This document shows, piece by piece, positions 60,271 to 64,000 of a stretch of DNA of 64,000 bases; positions within the stretch are counted from its first letter, which is position 1, and every line of letters starts with the position of its first letter. This DNA comes from Leucoraja ocellata (lineage: Eukaryota): contig JAWMAR010000463.1 in the NCBI GenBank assembly GCA_036785375.1, positions 868,001 through 932,000 of the forward strand, given 5' to 3'. Below the pieces are notes generated by a model. The model was not told the origin of the DNA. It worked only from the letters and a program-made list of their open reading frames with translations, and did not search any database. The translations under genes were made by a program, and so were the position numbers.

Positions 60271-61729
60271 ATTTCATATTCCTGATCCAAAAACTTTCCC
60301 TTCGTCAAGCACATGACCAAACTTCTGTAGCTATCTGCAAACTCTTTTATCAAATCACTGGTTCCAGTGTCCCGTGAATCTAACACCCTCACGTTTGCAC
60401 CATCTCTCCTGCCATGCATTCACATCTACTGTCCTCTTCTTTCCACACCCACTGGTGTGTGGCACCGAGGGTTATTCTGAGATTAATACTACTGAGATCC
60501 AACAGCACTTCCCAGACCCTCCTTCAAGAAAGTCATGGGCTATAGATAAACAAAACACAGGATCTCCTTCAGATCACACAGAATCCTATATTGGAAATAT
60601 ATCTGTTTCATCATTGCTGTTCCTTCCCAAATCATGCAACTCCCTTTCCCACTCGTACTTTGGGCTACCTGCTCCAGTAGAACAGTAGCAGGTTCAACAA
60701 GGTGAGCCGCACCTTCTCAATGGTAATTAAGGATGGACAATAAATCTAGCCTTGTCTGCACACCCATATCCCAAAAAATGATCACCAATAAAATGGTAGC
60801 TCACACCTAAAGGGCAATAAGGCTGCATATCCACATCATAAAAAATAATAAATAAATAACTATTTCTTAAAACTGAGCTACAATATTTAAACTCTTTCGC
60901 TACCTATGTTGCAGTCACATATAAGGATCAAAGTCTCTGACAAATAATCGTATCCCTCCAGAATGTAAAATGGTAATTTCCTTGACCCTGGCACTCTGGA
61001 AGAAACATAATACCCTGGAATCACACCTGCTTGCTCCCCTGACTATTGGATTTCCTGTATCTAATGCTGCCTTGAGCATTATCTTCCCTCCCCATACAGC
61101 TGAGCCAACCAAGGCACTATTGTCTCAACTTTGACTTTATCCCCATGAAGACAATCTTCAACATCTGTATTCAGAACCAAATAATGGTTAGTGGCCAAGA
61201 TTCCCTCAGAGATCTACTGAACTGCCTGCCTCCTATGATCATCACCCATTACCCGCACTCTCTCTAAAACATGTATTCAGGCACATGAGTGGACGTGAGC
61301 AACATTTAGTTGTTATGCGTTCCAAAACCCAGATTTTGTACTCCTCCAGTTGCTGACATTCCTACATCTGTAGGCTTCCAGTTCATCGTGCACATGCTAG
61401 GCCAGGGTATCCTACTCTCAGTCAATGTCCTCAAGAGCTAGTGTTCCTGACTGACATCCAATGTCTTCCCTGTGCCTCCTTCAACTTAGTGCCCCTTTGA
61501 ATCAGATCTTCTCCACTTTCAAACTGTCCTCCATCCTGAGATCCAACAGCACTTCCCAGACCCTCCTTCAAGACCATCCTGAGTATCGCACACGTGGTGC
61601 CCTCAGACCTCAACTTGTTCCCCGAACCAGCATCCCCTTTCCTTAGTCACATCCTCACTGTGTCTCCTGCACAGCCACCATCATTAGCCACAATGCACCA
61701 TTCTCAGCTGACATCGCCCAATAACCCAA

Positions 61730-62510
61730 ATTCTGAGCAGGTTTACTCTGCCTAAGCCAGTGTATCTTGTCCTGAATGAATCCCCCTTACTGAGCCAATG
61801 TCTCCCACCATGAGCCAGTGTTCTCACTCTGGACCTATTACCAGTACTCAGCAAGTGTTCTCTCCCAGTACTCAGCTAGTATCATTTACCCCGTGCCAGC
61901 ATGTCCATGTTATGTTTACTGGCCTTAGTCAATGTTCCCTACCTTGAACCAGTCCTGAAACAATGTCTCCCATCATCAGTAAGTGGTCCCCAGGCAGTGT
62001 ACCCATCATCAGCTGGTGCCTCCCACCCCAAGCCAATTCCCTGCCCTGAGCCAGTGTATCCTGTCCTATCTGTATCTGCCATTCTGAGCAATTCCCCGAG
62101 CATCAGCCAGTATCCTCTCTCCTGAGCCAATGTTCTCCAATCTGAGGCTACAACCTATCATGAGCAAGTGTTCTCTATCCTCTGCTAGCATGCTCCATCC
62201 TCGCACCGGCATCCTCCCGCTGCCTTTCCTGAGCCAGTACCACCCTATTCTGAGGCTGTATCCTCCGTCGTCACCTCCTTGCCGTCTCTGCCAGTGCCCC
62301 CCTCACCTCCACCTTCAGCTAGTGTTCCACCCCCTAAACCTATTTTCCACACTGCCTCCCCCCAACCTGAGCAAAGGACGTTTCCCACCATCAGCCAGCG
62401 TCTCCCAACCTAATGCGGAGACCTCTCTCTCTCCGAGCCAACGTCTCCGACCCCGAGCCAGTGCCCCCACCACCCCCGCCCCAGTGTCTCCCACCCTAAG
62501 CCAGTGCCTC
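61730..62510. repeat. Degenerate C-rich tandem repeat with (t)gagccagtgt core upstream of PATZ1
   Basis: Many recurrences of gagccagtg/agccaatg/gagcaagtg at irregular 20-60 bp spacing. Confidence 0.55.
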
Positions 62511-63150
62511 CCCAGGCCCCCGGGAGGGGTCGCAGTTGACAGGAAGCGCCGCGCTGCCATGTTGCCGAGCCTCCCGCGGCGCCAGGGCCCGGCGGCTGTG
62601 AGGGGAACAAAAGCAGCGCGGAGCGCACCCCGGCCTTCGCTACGCGGCCTTCCCTCGCTCGGCTCGGCGGCAGGCGGAGCTTTGCACCGCGCGCTCCTTT
62701 TCAAATCCACCTGGTTTTAAACCGTGTTGTTCAGAGGCGGAGTTTGAGGGGGGGCCGGTTTTTCCCCCCGGTCGCGGCTCCCAGTCGGCGGCGATGGAAA
62801 GGGCTGCCGAGCCGTCCTGGAACAGCTACACCTACCAGGTGAGCCAGCACAGCGCCGACATGTTGAAGAAACTCAACGGGCAGAGGAAGAACGGCGGCCG
62901 CTTCTGCGATGTGGTGCTGCGGGTGGGCGATGAGAGCTTCCCGGCTCACAAGGCCGTGCTGGCCGCCTGTAGCGACTACTTCGAGTCGGTGTTCGGCGCG
63001 ATGGTGGACGAGGCCCAAGGCCGCGAGCTGGAGATGCACACCATCAGCGCCAAGGTCTTCAGGGACATCCTGGACTTCGCCTACACCTCCCGCATCGTGG
63101 TGAGACTGGAGAGCTTCCCCGAGCTCATGACGGCCGCCAAGTTTCTGCTC
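62380..63150. promoter_or_regulatory. CpG-island promoter / 5' region of PATZ1 (ETS-like CAGGAAG 62540-62546; YY1-like GCTGCCATGTTG 62553-62564)
   Basis: CpG-rich stretch just before and within PATZ1 exon 1. Confidence 0.65.
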
Positions 63151-63998
63151 ATGAGGTCGGTCATCGAGATTTGCCAGGAGGTAATCAAACAGTCCAACGT
63201 CCAGATCATGGTGCCACCAGCCAGGGGAGACATGATGGTATTCCGCCCTGCCAATGTGGACTTCAGCTTTGCCCTGGACTTGGCTGCCGCTGCTTGTGCC
63301 AATGGCAACTTTATTGGGGAAAATGGACACCTGCAGGGCGCTGGTGATGTCAAGGTAGGTAGCCCAGGTGCCCCAGCTCCTGCCCTTCCGCCCCTGCAGG
63401 GTTCTTTACCTATGATGGATGGCTTGATGACTTCGCCTGCAGCACCGACCCTGGTGGCTGGTCAATTCCAGGCTCCAGTGAACTCAATGGGCCCTGACCA
63501 TGGCAAGCTGATCAAGAGGGGGCGAGGACGGCCTCGGAAGGCTCCTCTGTTTGACCTACCACTGCTCACGGCACCTTTAGCCATGAGGGATGAGGGTTTT
63601 TACCCCTGCAGCTTCTGTGGGAAAGTGTTCAAGAATTCTAACCGCCTCCTTCTCCATGAGGCGCAGCACACGGGGCTGAACGTGGAACTGGGGTCGGGGG
63701 AGAATCAGCTTCCAGGACTCGGGGACAATCTGCTGGCCTCTTCGAGCAGCCTTGACAGTCCCCGTAAGAGAGGCAGAATGAGGAAAAATGTGGCCTGTGA
63801 GCTCTGCGGTAAAGCTTTTAGGGATGTTTACCACTTGAATCGCCATAAGCTCTCGCATTCAGGGGAAAAACCATTTGAATGTCCCATCTGTCACCAGCGT
63901 TTCAAACGGAAGGACCGGATGACCTATCATATTCGGTCTCACGACGGAGCAGTGGGAAAACCGTACATTTGCATCAGCTGCGGAAAGGGCTTTTCAAG
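62794..63998 (+). CDS. PATZ1: POZ/BTB and AT-hook-containing zinc finger protein 1, first coding exon (3'-partial gene)
   Basis: Open frame of 401 codons from gcgATGg. BTB region YTYQVSQHS...QRKNGGRFCDVVLRVGDESFPAHKAVLAACS...RELEMHTIS; AT-hook KRGRGRPRK; C2H2 fingers CELCGKAFRDVYHLNRHKLSHSGEKP and RFKRKDRMTYHIRSHDGAVGKPYIC. GT donor at 63999-64000. Absent from the ORF track, presumably because the frame has no stop in the window. Confidence 0.96.
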   Translation, partial: MERAAEPSWNSYTYQVSQHSADMLKKLNGQRKNGGRFCDVVLRVGDESFPAHKAVLAACSDYFESVFGAMVDEAQGRELEMHTISAKVFRDILDFAYTSRIVVRLESFPELMTAAKFLLMRSVIEICQEVIKQSNVQIMVPPARGDMMVFRPANVDFSFALDLAAAACANGNFIGENGHLQGAGDVKVGSPGAPAPALPPLQGSLPMMDGLMTSPAAPTLVAGQFQAPVNSMGPDHGKLIKRGRGRPRKAPLFDLPLLTAPLAMRDEGFYPCSFCGKVFKNSNRLLLHEAQHTGLNVELGSGENQLPGLGDNLLASSSSLDSPRKRGRMRKNVACELCGKAFRDVYHLNRHKLSHSGEKPFECPICHQRFKRKDRMTYHIRSHDGAVGKPYICISCGKGFS

Positions 63999-64000
63999 GT

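Noticed and set aside
62731-63330. 199-aa minus-strand ORF and other long ORFs around PATZ1 (62130-62720, 62315-62710)
   Set aside because: Antisense shadow of the GC-rich PATZ1 exon, or low-complexity promoter sequence; no recognisable domain.

Overview
Vertebrate genomic DNA, not prokaryotic. The repeat repertoire (CR1/HER1-type LINE tails, tRNA-derived SINEs, Penelope-like elements, long C/G homopolymers) suggests a cartilaginous fish, probably a skate or ray; this is inference. Three intron-containing genes were reconstructed by hand with phase-consistent splice junctions. EIF4ENIF1/4E-T (+) has 16 coding exons at 6653-35968 (about 927 aa in the window; the first coding exon lies upstream). 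DRG1 (-) is complete, with 9 exons at 54737-43325 (366 aa). PATZ1 (+) is represented by its first coding exon at 62794-63998 (BTB, AT-hook, C2H2 fingers). Order and orientation match the human EIF4ENIF1-DRG1-PATZ1 block. Introns and intergenic DNA hold decayed Tc1/mariner elements and MITEs, CR1 and Rex1-type LINE fragments, SINEs and a GIY-YIG Penelope-like element. The most notable non-genic signal is about 15 short Penelope-derived insertions with a minimal hammerhead-ribozyme-like motif, several as fold-back hairpins centred on that motif. Other signals: a GC-AG intron, a candidate poison exon, 3'UTR Pumilio sites, a TIR element with a 7-bp TSD and several templated inversions. I found no convincing wholly new protein-coding system. 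Repeat boundaries are approximate unless a TSD or TIR is quoted.
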